A stretch of 64,000 bases of DNA from Selaginella moellendorffii (taxonomy: Eukaryota > Plantae > Lycopodiophyta). The notes under the pieces were generated by a model, which was not told where the DNA came from, searched no databases, and saw nothing but the letters and a program-made list of their open reading frames with translations. The stretch lies in the NCBI RefSeq assembly GCF_000143415.4, contig NW_003314354.1, forward strand, positions 286,575 through 350,574, in the 5' to 3' direction. Positions 1 through 11,479 of this stretch are shown here, piece by piece (the stretch's first letter is position 1; every line of letters begins with the position of its first letter). The translations under genes were made by a program, and so were the position numbers.

Positions 1-2822
1 TCTCGATTCACATCACCGTGCCTGCGACACCATCCCAGCAAGCTCAGCCACATCGCACCTCGAAACTCCATCGCCATCTTGGAAATGATCCTCTCCGCTT
101 CTCCCAGCTTTCCTTGTCGTCCCAAGATCTCTACCACGCCTCGAAGGTGCTCCACGCCAGGAACCAAGCCATGATCGCATCGCATCGATTCAATCCAGCG
201 ATAAACTTCGGTCGCTTCCACGGAACAGTTTATAACGCTCGCAAAGGTGGTGGCGTTTGGCTTGCTACCATCCTGCTGCATCTCCCACAGAAATACAACA
301 GTCTCTTCTCCACGGCCGTGCTGAGCGAACGCCGAAACAAGAGAATTCCAAGAAACCAAGCTCTTCACTGGAACTGCACGCAGGATCTGGCGAGCGGTTG
401 CTAAGTTTCCGAGCTTTCCATACATGTCCCCCAGGGAGGTCTTGACGAACGCGTCCTCGAAGAGTCCACACTCTTCGCAAGCGCTGTGGACGAGATGGCC
501 GAGCCGAGAAGTGGACTCCATGCGGCAGGCCGCAAGCACGGTGATGAAGCTCACTTTGTTTGGAGCGATCCCTTCGAGCAGCATCCGGCGAAACATTGTC
601 ACCGCCGTGGCGTGCTGGCCGTGCTGGATGCAAGCTCCGATGAAGTTGTTCCACGAGACGACGAGAACTTTGGGATGATCTTCGAGCCGATGTTCTTGCT
701 CGATGGACGTGAGCATCTTGTACGCGGTCACCAGGTTTCCACACCGTGCGTACATTGCTACCAGCGAGCTCGCCACCGCCGAGTCCGATTCCAGACCACT
801 CTCCAGAACTTGAGAGTGGATCTTCTTGCCTTGGTCCGAGTTGAGAGCTCCGGCACAGGCACCGAGCATCGCAGCAAACGCAACTCCATCCGGCCTCACG
901 CCCTCCACTCTCATCACCGGGAGGAACTTAAGAGCTTCTTCGTGCAAGCCCTTGTCCACCAACCCTGTGATGATCGACGTCCATGCCACAACGTTGTTAT
1001 GCTTGTGGAGGATCACTCTCTCCAAAGCTTGCTCCACGAATCCACTCCTGGCGAGCATGCTCACGAGTGCGTTTGAGACCTGAGCGTCCGATCCCCAGCC
1101 CGACTCCATAACCAAGCTTTCCACCATCGCTCTACACGGCTCGTCCTCACACGCAGCCAAGACTCTAGACAAAGTTACCGAGTTTGGCGACGCCGCGGCC
1201 TCCAGCAGCATCATCCGGAAGCTCTGCATGGCCTCGTAAAAGCAGCCATTGTCTACGTACGATCTGATCAACTCGTTCCACAGCACTACGTCACACGAAC
1301 TGTTCGTCCTGGTGATCGTGTCGTCGAAGATCTCTCCAGCTCGAGCTGGACATCCACACTTTGCGAACATATTCAGCATGGCGATGCCGAGAAGAGAGTC
1401 GTGTTGCAGCTGCAACTTCAACTCCGTGTTGATCCACTCCAGGATTTTCGTCCCCAGTGACAAGCACCGGCAAGCGTCCAGGAGTGAGGTCAGTGTAAAC
1501 TTATCCGCCGCAAATCCTTGGAGCTGCATCTTTCGGAAGAGCAGCACGGCGCTATCGGCACAGTCGTTCTGGACGCAGGCTGAGATGATAGAGTTCCACG
1601 ACAGAAGGTTTGGACGATCCAGCCGCTGGAAAACCTCGCTGGCTTTCTCCACTTCCCTGCTTCTCGAGTAGAAAGTTATCAAAGCATTGGACACGGCAGC
1701 ATCGGCGTCGAATCCACCCTCCTCGACGCAGCCACGGACGAGACTCGAGAACTTCTCCCCGCAAACGCAGCTAAGAACACCACCCGCGAAGGAATTCCCA
1801 TTCGGAGAAACTCCTTCCAGCAGCATCCGACAGAAAAACGCGATAGCTTCTTCACTGCAGCCGTTCTGAGCGTACGAAGCAACCACCGCATTCCAGGAGC
1901 TCAAGTCTCTCACCGCCATTGTTTCAAACACTTCCATCGCGCGCTCCACCTCGCCAAGCTTCCCGTAAGTTTTCACCAGCGCGTTTCCAATCGAGACATC
2001 GCTAGAAACCAGCCCGCTCTCACAAACTTGCCGATGGATCTCGTCAGCCTCTCGCAAGGAGCAGCACGCATGGAGCATGGTGAGAAAACTGGGAATGTTG
2101 TGCCGCAAGCCATCAAGCAGCATTCCCCGAAACAAATGCAAAGCCCCGGAAAAATGCCCGTTCTCGGCATTTGCTGCAGCCATGCTAGTCCAGCTCGCAG
2201 TGCTCTTGTTTCTGATCCCAGCAAAAACAATCTTGGCCTGTGGCAAATCCCCGCACTTCCCATAGAAGTTGACAAGAACATTACCCACGACGAGATCGGT
2301 GTGGAAGCCCAGCTCGGTGGCAAGCGAGTGAACTCGGTTGCCCGAGCTCCAGGCGGCACAAGCTCCGAGCACCGAGATGAAAGTCACAACGCTGGGGACC
2401 GTCCCCTCGTGCAGCATCCGGCTGAAAGCGTGGAGCGTGGCCTGGAACTCGCCGTGATCCGCCAGAGTTGCGAGCATGGCGTTCCAAGTGATGACGTTCT
2501 TGAGCTTGAGGCTCTCGAAGGCTGCGCGAGCTTCGTCCAAGCTGCCGCATTTGCGATACGCACCGACGATGAGATTGCCGATGAAGACGTTGGTTTCCAG
2601 GAGTCCTGGGCTCCCGCGAAGGATCTCTTGGTGCAAGAGCCTAGCTTGGGGGAGATCTCGGCACGACTGGAGACGGTCGCCATACTCTGCTGCTACTGCT
2701 GCTGCATCGAGCTCGTGATGATCGAGCGGAGGTCTTGCTGCAAGATCGCAGTGAAGGAAGCGCTTCCGGCAGTGGCTTCTTGTGCTGGTGATGCGAGCAG
2801 CGCGAGCAGCGAGATCAAGCAT
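1..2822 (-). CDS. PLS-class pentatricopeptide repeat (PPR) protein; 3' end runs off the window
   Basis: Absent from the ORF track, probably because there is no stop inside the window. The minus strand from ATG 2822 reads MLDLAARAARITSTRSHCRKRF...ETNVFIGNLIVGAYRKCGSLDEARAAFE. The same frame at positions 5-150 reads EHLRGVVEILGRQGKLGEAERIISKMAMEFRGAMWLSLLGWCRRHGDVNR, typical of the S2/E region. The middle was not translated base by base. Confidence 0.88.
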   Translation of the reverse strand, partial: MLDLAARAARITSTRSHCRKRFLHCDLAARPPLDHHELDAAAVAAEYGDRLQSCRDLPQARLLHQEILRGSPGLLETNVFIGNLIVGAYRKCGSLDEARAAFESLKLKNVITWNAMLATLADHGEFQATLHAFSRMLHEGTVPSVVTFISVLGACAAWSSGNRVHSLATELGFHTDLVVGNVLVNFYGKCGDLPQAKIVFAGIRNKSTASWTSMAAANAENGHFSGALHLFRGMLLDGLRHNIPSFLTMLHACCSLREADEIHRQVCESGLVSSDVSIGNALVKTYGKLGEVERAMEVFETMAVRDLSSWNAVVASYAQNGCSEEAIAFFCRMLLEGVSPNGNSFAGGVLSCVCGEKFSSLVRGCVEEGGFDADAAVSNALITFYSRSREVEKASEVFQRLDRPNLLSWNSIISACVQNDCADSAVLLFRKMQLQGFAADKFTLTSLLDACRCLSLGTKILEWINTELKLQLQHDSLLGIAMLNMFAKCGCPARAGEIFDDTITRTNSSCDVVLWNELIRSYVDNGCFYEAMQSFRMMLLEAAASPNSVTLSRVLAACEDEPCRAMVESLVMESGWGSDAQVSNALVSMLARSGFVEQALERVILHKHNNVVAWTSIITGLVDKGLHEEALKFLPVMRVEGVRPDGVAFAAMLGACAGALNSDQGKKIHSQVLESGLESDSAVASSLVAMYARCGNLVTAYKMLTSIEQEHRLEDHPKVLVVSWNNFIGACIQHGQHATAVTMFRRMLLEGIAPNKVSFITVLAACRMESTSRLGHLVHSACEECGLFEDAFVKTSLGDMYGKLGNLATARQILRAVPVKSLVSWNSLVSAFAQHGRGEETVVFLWEMQQDGSKPNATTFASVINCSVEATEVYRWIESMRCDHGLVPGVEHLRGVVEILGRQGKLGEAERIISKMAMEFRGAMWLSLLGWCRRHGDVNR

Positions 2823-2976
2823 ATCTTTTGAGTTCCCACATATTTGGAAGAACAAGTCAACCACAGTCCTAAAGCCCTAAACTCGAGCGCCATCTAAGCC
2901 AGCTTAGTCAACCTTTTGGTCAAAACAATACTTTAATTGGATTTTTTGTAGATCTTTGCAAAGATTTTGGTGTTGT

Positions 2977-5373
2977 TTAATGTCGGAAGTGACGAACATC
3001 TGTAAAAACCATTGCGACGCCATACTTGTTGCAGCAGTCGATCGCATCTTGGTCCCTTATGCTTCCACCCGGCTGGACTATGACGCTCACTCCAGCCTTG
3101 CACGCTTCTTCCACGGCGTCGTTCCAAGCTGCGGGAGAAGACGAAAAAATCCACCGCTCAGTCGCAACTAGAGAGCTTTGAGATTCATCACCACTCACCA
3201 AAAGGAAAGAATGCGTCGCTAGCAAGAGCAGCGCCTTTGACAGCGCTTCCAGCCTTTTCAATCGCGATTTCCAGGCTCTTGATACGATTTGGCTGCCCGC
3301 TGCCCATTCCAAGCATGGAGTTATCCTGGAACTCATTCGACGTCAGGAACGCGAAGAAACAACGATTCAGAAAAACACAGACCTTTGCGACCACGATCGC
3401 GTTGCTCTTGACATGCTTGACGCACACCCATGCGAACTTTGCGTCGGTCATTTCCGCCTCTGTTGGGACTTTCGTTGTGCCGACTCTGAAAGTGATGTCG
3501 TCCGGTGTAAGATCGTCGGCATCTTGAACCAGCCAGCCTCCGCCGACTTGTCTCGCGCTTCGACGGCCTTTCTTGATTGGCTGAGCTTCGAGTATTCGCA
3601 GCGCTTTCGACTTGCCTTTCAAGACCTGGAGTCCCTTCTCGGTGTACTTCGGTGCCACCACAATCTCGTAGAACATTTTGGTTTGGTTTTCCTGATACCG
3701 CTTTGCTATGTACTCTCGTATCTCTCGTGCCAGTGCCTACGAAATGGAAAAGCCCGTGTACACGTTAAAAAGTTGATATTGAAGCAAACCTCGTCAACTT
3801 CGCAATTGAAGGCTACTATACCGCCGAATGCACTGATGGAGTCTGCTTCAACAGCGAGGCGATAGGCCTCCAAAATGTCGGGCCGCGACGCCACCCCACA
3901 GGGATTTGTATGCTTGACTACAACGCATGTCGGTTCTTTGAATTCGCAGACGCAATTCCAGGCGGCATCAGCATCAAGATAGTTGTTGTAAGACATTTCC
4001 TGCAAAAGGAGCATCAATAGAGGTGAATAAGTAGATTCACTACCTTTCCGTGGTGTTGCACAGCAGTCGCAATTCCTCCAGCATCAACTTCTGAGATGGA
4101 TTTATCGACATAAAACGCGGCCTTTTGGTGTGGGTTCTCTCCGTATCTTAAAGACGATTTTAGTGCCAGTGGTATCGTAAGCTCTGATGGAAACTGAGTA
4201 CCAGAACCATCTGCCAAACGCCAACTCCATGTCATGTGGATCAAAGTGAGAAAACAACTAAAAACTTACCACCATTGTTTTCCTTCCAAAACCACTCCGA
4301 CACGGCCGAGTCGTAAGAGGAGACGTGCTGAAACGCTTTCCAGGCGAATTTCCGTCTGATCATTTCGTCATTCTCCAGTTCACCCTGCAGACTGTCTAAA
4401 ACCGTAGGGTAGTCTGCAGGATCGACGACTACAAGTACGTGCTTGTGGTTCTGCCATGAAAAGAAAATTCAAAATTCAGTAACCGCAAAGAACAAATGAA
4501 ACATGAAACCTTGGCTGCAGCTCTGATCATTGCAGGACCACCAATATCTATATTCTCAACACCTTTCTCGAACGATGCTCCTCCGGGAGCAGTGACAGTG
4601 TCATAGAACGGGTAGAGATTGACCACCACAACGTCTATGGTTCCTGCCTTCACAGTACAGACAAGGAGAAACTAAAGATTAGCGCAACTATGAGCACACC
4701 TATCCCGTGCGTGTCGAGAGCGTCCATATGCGAGTCTAAATCACGCCTTGCAAGAATGCCTCCGTGAACCGCAGGATGCAACGTCTTTACTCGACCATCC
4801 AGCTGCAAAAACAAACATTTCACAATCAAAGTTCCTCCAGAGAGAAAAAGAATACAACCATTTCAGGGAAGTTCGTCAGTTCTTCCACTCTTGTAACTTC
4901 GAAGCCCGCAGTTTCCAGCGCCTTGGCGGTACCACCAGTGGAAATCAGCGTATATCTAGTCGACAACTTTCAGCATACAACTTTCTTTTTGTGAAGAGGG
5001 CATACAAACTTACCCGAGTTCTCTAAGACCAGTAGCAAGAACATCAAGGTTGCGCTTGTCGGACAGCGAAAGAAGAGCCTTCTTAGAGCCTGCCGATAAG
5101 AAGAAAATGAGAAAACACATTAGAAAAAGTTCGAATCATACCTGGAGCTGGTGTCGATCTTGGCGTGGATACGACAGTCTTCACGGCAGAAGACTCCGAT
5201 GCCGCCATTCTCACCACTCTGGAGCTCTCCAATCGCGAGAAGCCGGCGGTGGAAGGAGAGAAATGCGAGCAATGGGAGGCACAAAGAGGCAGCGGATGAG
5301 CAGCAGCACCGATCCTGGAGCGATGTGACGACGGAAAGGTGTGGAGCGCAGCGCAGAGGCGCACCACTGCCAT
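2977..5373 (-). CDS. purH: Bifunctional AICAR transformylase/IMP cyclohydrolase, multi-exon, with N-terminal transit peptide
   Basis: Exon translations: [137 protein letters not shown] introns. Ser/Ala/Arg-rich N-terminus. Confidence 0.97.
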
Positions 5374-5386
5374 CTAAACCCCGGAT

Positions 5387-5395
5387 AAACCCTAA
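5387..5395 (+). promoter_or_regulatory. Telo-box (AAACCCTAA) in the ~210 bp divergent purH/PPR intergenic region
   Basis: Exact motif 14 bp from the purH ATG. Function is inferred. Confidence 0.45.
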
Positions 5396-5583
5396 TCCTC
5401 TCAAGCCAGAGCGTGGATGGATGAGGAAGAGCAAGAACAGAAGTGGGAGAGGGATCTTCTTCCCTGTAGACACGATCGCGATGGATCGATCGCGCCAAAG
5501 AAGCACGCCTTCCTCCTGCCAAAATATTTTCCCTCTCTTGTGCGATAGGGTTCTTGGCATTTTGATATCTCGCGTGGAATGGA

Positions 5584-8500
5584 ATGTTGGGGCGCCTTCG
5601 CCGGAGGGGCAAATCCGACCTCCTTCTTGCGCGAGGCATCGCCTCCTCTGCTGCTACTGCGCCGAGAGGCAAGAATCTCCTGTCGCGAGAGGATTTCCAG
5701 GGTCTGGAGCGAGTGACGAGCCTCCTGGAATCCGGCAATGCGGGTGAAGCGAGGCGCGTCTTCGATCACCAGGTGAGCCACTTGGACGTACGAGTCTGGA
5801 ATGGTGTAATCGCCGCCTTCTCCAGGCATCACCATCGGTGCGAGGAAGAAGAAGATCGAGATCTTCCCTCGGTAGCCTTGCTCCATTGCATGCTCCACGA
5901 GGGAATCCGGCCCAACGCCACGACGCTGGTGACCATCCTCAAGGAATGCAGTACCGAGGGCAGCAAGAAGAGGGGGCTGTGGATTGCCAGCGCAGGAAAG
6001 CTGATCGAATCTTTCGTTCGCGACGGTGGCTTTGACATTGAAGATCGCATTGGCACCAGTTTGGTAAATATGTATCGCATCTGCGGCAGGCTGGAAGACG
6101 CTCGCAGGATCTTCCGCGAGTTCCACTCGCCGAGCAACGTCGTGACATGGACTGGGATCATCACAGCAAATGCCGAGAGCGGGCATTTTTCCGAGGCCAT
6201 CGATCTCTTCCACCGGACGCAGCTCGAAGGTGTGTTGCTCGACAAGACGAGCTTTCTTGCTGTTGTGAATGCGTGTGCTGATTGTGGGAACTTGGTGGCT
6301 GGCAGGTTGGCTCAGAGGCTCGTCAGAGAGGCCGGGCTTGAGGCCGACGTTGTTCTTGGCAACACGCTCGTCAACATGTATGGGCTGTGCCACAGCGTGG
6401 ACGAGGCTTGCAGCGTCTTCGACTCGATCCAGGAGAGGACCTCCGTGAGTTGGAACGTTATGCTCTCGGCTCACGCGAGGCAGGGGAACTTCCAAATGTC
6501 GCTCATCGTCTTCCGGCTGATGCAACTCGATGGATTCAAGCCCGAGGCCATCACTTTCCTGGCCGTGCTTGAGTCGTGTGCCGCGGTGGGATCGCTTGAG
6601 ACGGGGAAGCTCGTCCATTCCAACATCCAGGAACAGATTGGGGAGCTGGATCCGCAAGTTGGCGATGCGGTCGTCAACATGTATGGGAAGTGTGGAGCGG
6701 TGGAAGAAGCTGCCAGAGTTTTCGACGAGCAGGGACACAGGAGGAGTGTGGTGTCGTGGAACTCGATGATCGCCGCGTTCTTCCTCAATGTGTTGCTCGA
6801 GGAAGCATTCCGGTGTTTTCGGACGATGCAACTCGAAGGTTTCCATCCCAACTTTGCGACGTTTGTCAACCTTCTTCACGGGTGTACCGATCTAGAAGCT
6901 CTTGCGGAGGGTGATGCTGTCTACGGGATGGTCGCCGAGACGGAGTTCCATTCCGAGCCTGGGATAGAGATCGCCCTCGTCAACATGTACTCGAGCTGCG
7001 GGGAACTTGATGCTGCTTATCAGATCTTGCAAGGCCGAGACGACGTGTCTCTACCATGGAGCAGTTTTCTTCGTGCAACTGCGAGATATGGCTATTCGAA
7101 TGAGACTCTTGCAGTTCTTCGACGGATTCAGCTCAACGGGATCTTTCCAAACACCACTGCTCTCGTCTCTGGTCTCAGTGCCTGCGTTGCTCCAGGGTTC
7201 CTAAGAAGCGGTACCGGGATTCATGAGCTGGTTCTTGAGGCTGGAATACAGCACCACTTGGTCGTCGCCACAGCACTCTTCGTCATGTATGGGAAGTGCA
7301 AGAGCTTGGACCATGCTCGGCTCTTGTTCGACGGAATGGTACAGCGAGACTCAGTTGCCTGGAACGCGATCATGTCACTCTACTCCAGTTATGGCCGCCA
7401 CGAAGGAGTCATCGAGCTTTTTAGGAGCATGCTGCAAGAGGGTGTGAGATTCAACAGGGCCAGCTTCTGCATCGTTCTCTCGTCTCTGGTCTACCCGGCA
7501 ATGCTACTGATCGGGGAGAGTGTCCACTCCATGGCCATCCAGAAAAACTACGACGAGGACGACGTTGTAGCTGGTGCTTTGGTGACCATGTATGCCAGGC
7601 TTGGCAAGCTTGAGAAAGCTAGGGAAATCTTCGACCGGGTGAGCGCGAAAGAGCCGAGCACAGCTCTCTGGACAGCCATGATCTCGGCCTGCGTCGAGCA
7701 CAGAGAGTTTGCCGACGCGCAGCTCCTATTTCGACGCATGCAGCTGGAAGGTGTGCTCCCGGACAGCTTCACCCTGGCTTGCGCTGCCGCCGTAGTAAAC
7801 TCGCTGGAGATGACGCTGCTTAACGCCGCTGCTCGTCAGAGAAGCCTGGACAACAACGTCAGGCTTTGCAACGCTCTTGTCGAAGCCTACGGGAGCAAGG
7901 GAGAGCTCGACAAAGCGCTCGATATGTTCGAGAGCACGGAAGAGAAGACTCAAACAAGCTGGAGCCTGGTGATTACGGCGGCCGCGGAAAATGCAAGACA
8001 CCACCAGGGACTAGCTCTCTATCACCAGATGCTGCTCGAAGGTTACCGACCGGACAAAGTCTCGCTGCTGGCAGCTCTGGGAGTTTGCTCCAGCCTCGCC
8101 TCTCTCAAGTCGGGACGGAGGATCCACGAACAGGTCGTGGAAGCCGGGCTCGAGCCGGACGAAGTCGTGGCCAGCGCCCTGGTGGACATGTATGGGAAGT
8201 GTGGAGGCTTGGAGGCTTCACGAGCAGTGTTCCAGAGGTCCGAGAAGCAGGATCCCGTGCTTTGGAACTCGCTGCTAGCGGTGGAAGCTCGATGTGGAGG
8301 GGACACAATGAGACTCTTCCACTGGATGCAGCAAGATGGTTTGAGGTCCGACGGTGCTTCGTTCGTCAGCCTTCTCGCGGCGTGCAGCCATGCTGGGGTG
8401 GAAGACAAGGCCTGGGACTACTTCGCAGCGATGAAGTGGGATTTTGGTGTGGTGCCTGCTTCGGAGCACTTTGGTTGCATGGTCGATCTGCTGGCGAGAA

Positions 8501-8781
8501 CCGGGAAGCTTGAAGCTGCGGAGGAGCTGATCTTCAAGTCGAGGCTGAGGCTGGATTCGAGGCTGTGGATCACGCTGCTGGCGGCTTGTAACGCGAACGG
8601 GGACGTGAGCAGGGTGGAGCGAGCAGGGATGAACGCTCTGGTTTTGGATCCACAAAACTCTGGGCTCTATGTGACACTTGGGAACATGTTTGCGGCGGCA
8701 GGGAGGGAGCAAGATGCTCGAAACATGAGAGCGGCCTTGGATGAGTTGCGAGCTTTGTCCAGCAAAGACAAAGAAACTTAG
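5584..8781 (+). CDS. PLS-class PPR protein with E domain (1065 aa, intronless), probable organellar RNA-editing factor; no DYW domain
   Basis: Repeated motifs such as LVNMYGKCG..EEA..VF..VVSWNSMIAA and FVSLLAACSHAG. C-terminal EHFGCMVDLLARTG..WITLLAAC..LDPQNSGLYVTLGNMFAAAG. Confidence 0.95.
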   Translation: MLGRLRRRGKSDLLLARGIASSAATAPRGKNLLSREDFQGLERVTSLLESGNAGEARRVFDHQVSHLDVRVWNGVIAAFSRHHHRCEEEEDRDLPSVALLHCMLHEGIRPNATTLVTILKECSTEGSKKRGLWIASAGKLIESFVRDGGFDIEDRIGTSLVNMYRICGRLEDARRIFREFHSPSNVVTWTGIITANAESGHFSEAIDLFHRTQLEGVLLDKTSFLAVVNACADCGNLVAGRLAQRLVREAGLEADVVLGNTLVNMYGLCHSVDEACSVFDSIQERTSVSWNVMLSAHARQGNFQMSLIVFRLMQLDGFKPEAITFLAVLESCAAVGSLETGKLVHSNIQEQIGELDPQVGDAVVNMYGKCGAVEEAARVFDEQGHRRSVVSWNSMIAAFFLNVLLEEAFRCFRTMQLEGFHPNFATFVNLLHGCTDLEALAEGDAVYGMVAETEFHSEPGIEIALVNMYSSCGELDAAYQILQGRDDVSLPWSSFLRATARYGYSNETLAVLRRIQLNGIFPNTTALVSGLSACVAPGFLRSGTGIHELVLEAGIQHHLVVATALFVMYGKCKSLDHARLLFDGMVQRDSVAWNAIMSLYSSYGRHEGVIELFRSMLQEGVRFNRASFCIVLSSLVYPAMLLIGESVHSMAIQKNYDEDDVVAGALVTMYARLGKLEKAREIFDRVSAKEPSTALWTAMISACVEHREFADAQLLFRRMQLEGVLPDSFTLACAAAVVNSLEMTLLNAAARQRSLDNNVRLCNALVEAYGSKGELDKALDMFESTEEKTQTSWSLVITAAAENARHHQGLALYHQMLLEGYRPDKVSLLAALGVCSSLASLKSGRRIHEQVVEAGLEPDEVVASALVDMYGKCGGLEASRAVFQRSEKQDPVLWNSLLAVEARCGGDTMRLFHWMQQDGLRSDGASFVSLLAACSHAGVEDKAWDYFAAMKWDFGVVPASEHFGCMVDLLARTGKLEAAEELIFKSRLRLDSRLWITLLAACNANGDVSRVERAGMNALVLDPQNSGLYVTLGNMFAAAGREQDARNMRAALDELRALSSKDKET

Positions 8782-8879
8782 AAGCTTGTACCATTGTTTT
8801 TACAATCAAAGACAGAGGTCTCTGACTTGATCTTTCGTTAATTCCCACACTCTTTCCAAATGACCATTGTGTCCCAAAA

Positions 8880-9530
8880 TCTATGACTTCCAGCGATGCG
8901 GAGGAATTCCGTCACGGCTTCCACTGCCAGAAGCTGCGTGGAGATCGATGATGACTTTAATGCCACTACTCCTGTAAAATAAATAAAACCAGTTTAGAAA
9001 AGCAAAGGAGGGAAATCATTTTCTTACTCTGCCCATGTAATAGCATTGTCTAGAGCTGCAAGCGAGCCTGCTACATAGGTAGAGGAGGGCTTGGATCATA
9101 TTTAATCCACCATTCCACCGGAATCCTCACTGTGTTGATTCCTAGACACCAAGGTCCCGAAGTCATTTGAAGTGATGAACGTGTTTCTATGGTCCTGAAA
9201 TGACGAGAGACTTTGATTTCCAGCAAGATCATCTTGATCAGATGCATCAGCACGGTTGTCGAAAGCATTGCTAAGCTGGTATTCTCCAAGTGGAGCATCC
9301 CCAGTTTTGTTCATGTAGAAAACTGCGGGATTGGAGCTTGCACTTGATCACCGGAGCAAACAAGATATGGAGAACAGAAGAGAAATCACAATTGAAGAAA
9401 CAAAGCCAATTCTTTGCCCGCAAGTAGTGTAGATTGTCGAATGCCTTGATATGGACCTTGTTATTCGCGAATGAATGTAAAGGTCTCCCACTCTCTTGCA
9501 TCTTGGCTTGTTGCAAGATAGCTTCCTGCT
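8880..9530 (-). pseudogene. Glycoside hydrolase family 5 (exo-1,3-beta-glucanase-like) pseudogene fragment
   Basis: Frameshifted pieces: GEYQLSNAF, HRNTFITSNDF, GINTVRIPVEWWIKYDPSPP, GSLAALDNAITWAE|intron|GIKVIIDLHAA. Internal stops. Paralogous to 27470-28110. Confidence 0.8.
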
Positions 9531-9727
9531 GAGCCTAATGCTTTGATGAAATTCAAGCTTGAAGCTATGGCAAGCTATATTTAGTTTAAAATTTTAGTAT
9601 ATATAATAAAAAATTGATTGTTAACAACTGGATTTTCAGGATGGCTTCTCCGAGCGTTGCCGTCACTCCAAGAAGCAACAGCATGAATGGTGAAGAGAAA
9701 AGTTTAGCATTTTTGTTTCTTTGCTAA

Positions 9728-9784
9728 GGGGAGATAGCTCAGATGGTAGAGTGCTTGCTTAGGGATCAATACCCAGCATCTCCA
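9728..9784 (+). pseudogene. tRNA-Ala pseudogene with a ~16 nt internal deletion
   Basis: GGGGAGATAGCTCAGATGGTAGAGTGCTTGCTTAG|GGATCAATACCCAGCATCTCCA. The 3' half of the anticodon arm and the variable region are missing relative to the copy at 15831-15903. Confidence 0.85.
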
Positions 9785-10232
9785 AATATGTTTGATTATT
9801 GGATCATTCCAGGCGTTTAGACCGACTTTACTGGTGTTGACCTCTGGGGGAGCTATGGATGGATGTTGCACCGTGAGACTATCAACAGAGCAATGCATAG
9901 ATATTTATCTTGTGTTTCTTTTTCCCACTTTTTTGCAAACGAGTAAAAAAGTTTCGTTCACTGCAAGTGATTGAGCCTGGAAAGGAGTTGCCATCAAATT
10001 AAAGATGTCTTATCTTTTTGAAATATTGAGCATTTCGTGATTGTGAGATTAAATCGCTGTTCACATCTAGGTTTGGGCTCTTTGGCATGCTCAGTTCAAG
10101 TCCGACAATCCACAGCGTCACAAGCTGTCGAGTCTATTCGTACAAAGCCAAAAGTACCTCTTTATTTTCTAAGTCAAGGGTTAGGTTATAATCTTTGATT
10201 TTTCTATTGTCGAAGCTCTCGTCAGGTAAGCT

Positions 10233-10979
10233 ATGGTCTCTCGCGCTCACGCCGCCCCAACGCTTGGCCGCCAAGGGCATGTAGGCCATCACCGAGCTTC
10301 ACACCCGCGAGCTCCAGCACATCCACCACACCACCATGGACACCATCCTCGAGGAGGCCACGAGCCAGCGCCAGCTTTAGCTCCAGTTCTTCAAGGTGAC
10401 GCTCCAGTTCGAGCCCCAGCGCCAGCTGCTTTCGTTCACCCTGCTCGCGGCCACCCTGCTCATCTAGCTCCAGCGCCTAATGCTCGCCACCACGATCCAG
10501 CTCCAGCAGCAGCAGTGTACCATCATCATCACGGTGATGGAGCTCCTCTGGTTGTTCACCACCATCACCATGGTCACCACCATGGTCACCACCATGGAGG
10601 ACGCCACAACCACCACCACCACCACCACCACCACCACCATCGTCACGAGGGTCACGACGCAGCAGTGGGCACACCAACACCCGCAGCAGTAGTTACAGTG
10701 GTTCGGAGGACGCCGTGGTCGCTGCTCCAGCTTCTTCTCTGGGTTTTGGTTGCGATCTTGGTGCTGCTCGCATGCTTTTTGCTCGTGCGATGGATGCTCT
10801 CTCGAAGGAAACAGCGCAGTAATGCTATCTTTCAGGATCCCGGGTGGCAGATCGAAGTTGTGGTGGACGATTCTCTGACTGAGAAGAAACAGCTGCAAGC
10901 TCACACTCGTGGTTCGCACAGCAATGGCACTCTGGGATTCTCCTCAAAGTGTCCTGCCAACACTGGCAGTGACGCGTAA
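10233..10979 (+). CDS. Putative His/Pro/Ala-rich single-pass membrane protein (possibly chimeric)
   Basis: 248 aa open frame with PAPA repeats, poly-His from CAC repeats, and the hydrophobic segment WSLLQLLLWVLVAILVLLACFLLVRW followed by RRK. No signal peptide seen. Confidence 0.45.
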   Translation: MVSRAHAAPTLGRQGHVGHHRASHPRAPAHPPHHHGHHPRGGHEPAPALAPVLQGDAPVRAPAPAAFVHPARGHPAHLAPAPNARHHDPAPAAAVYHHHHGDGAPLVVHHHHHGHHHGHHHGGRHNHHHHHHHHHHRHEGHDAAVGTPTPAAVVTVVRRTPWSLLQLLLWVLVAILVLLACFLLVRWMLSRRKQRSNAIFQDPGWQIEVVVDDSLTEKKQLQAHTRGSHSNGTLGFSSKCPANTGSDA

Positions 10980-11479
10980 GTCAGCACAGTGCATGCCTTG
11001 TCACATGGAAGATTGTGTACAAACAATCTTCAAGGAGATGAAGTTGCAGAGCAAGAAGACAGCAGGGTCTTGCTCACGGACGGTGAAGATCACATACAAG
11101 GGTCCACTGGTGGAAGTCACCAGACTTGGAAGTTATTGCACAGCTGGCTCGGAACATGGACTGGAAAATAGAGCAAGAACCTACCAAGTTTCGATTTGAC
11201 TGAGCTATCCTCTAGAGGTGACGGGGGAGCAGACGTTCGTGCACCTCCAAAGGCCAGAGAAGTTGAGACGAAAGGTTTGAGAAAAGGTAACGTACTGCTT
11301 TTGCTCTCTGTTCTTGCAGGTGCTCAAATCTCAACTTCGATGAGAAGAAGCAGAGCAGGGCATAGCGGCCAGATAAGTTTCTCCAGAGTCAAGAACATCA
11401 TAAGCCGGGAATCAAGCAAGTGCAAAATTGTGGCAGTATGGTCGAAGTCACTGCGGCTTGCAACACAGGTTGTTCGACA

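Noticed and set aside
5401-6879. 492-aa minus-strand ORF, and similar ORFs at 486-1076, 2028-2831, 43268-43924 and 63285-63986
   Set aside because: Antisense shadows of GC-rich intronless genes; no recognisable motifs.
10464-10919. Poly-Val, poly-Thr and poly-Gly ORFs
   Set aside because: Other-frame readings of the CAC trinucleotide repeat.
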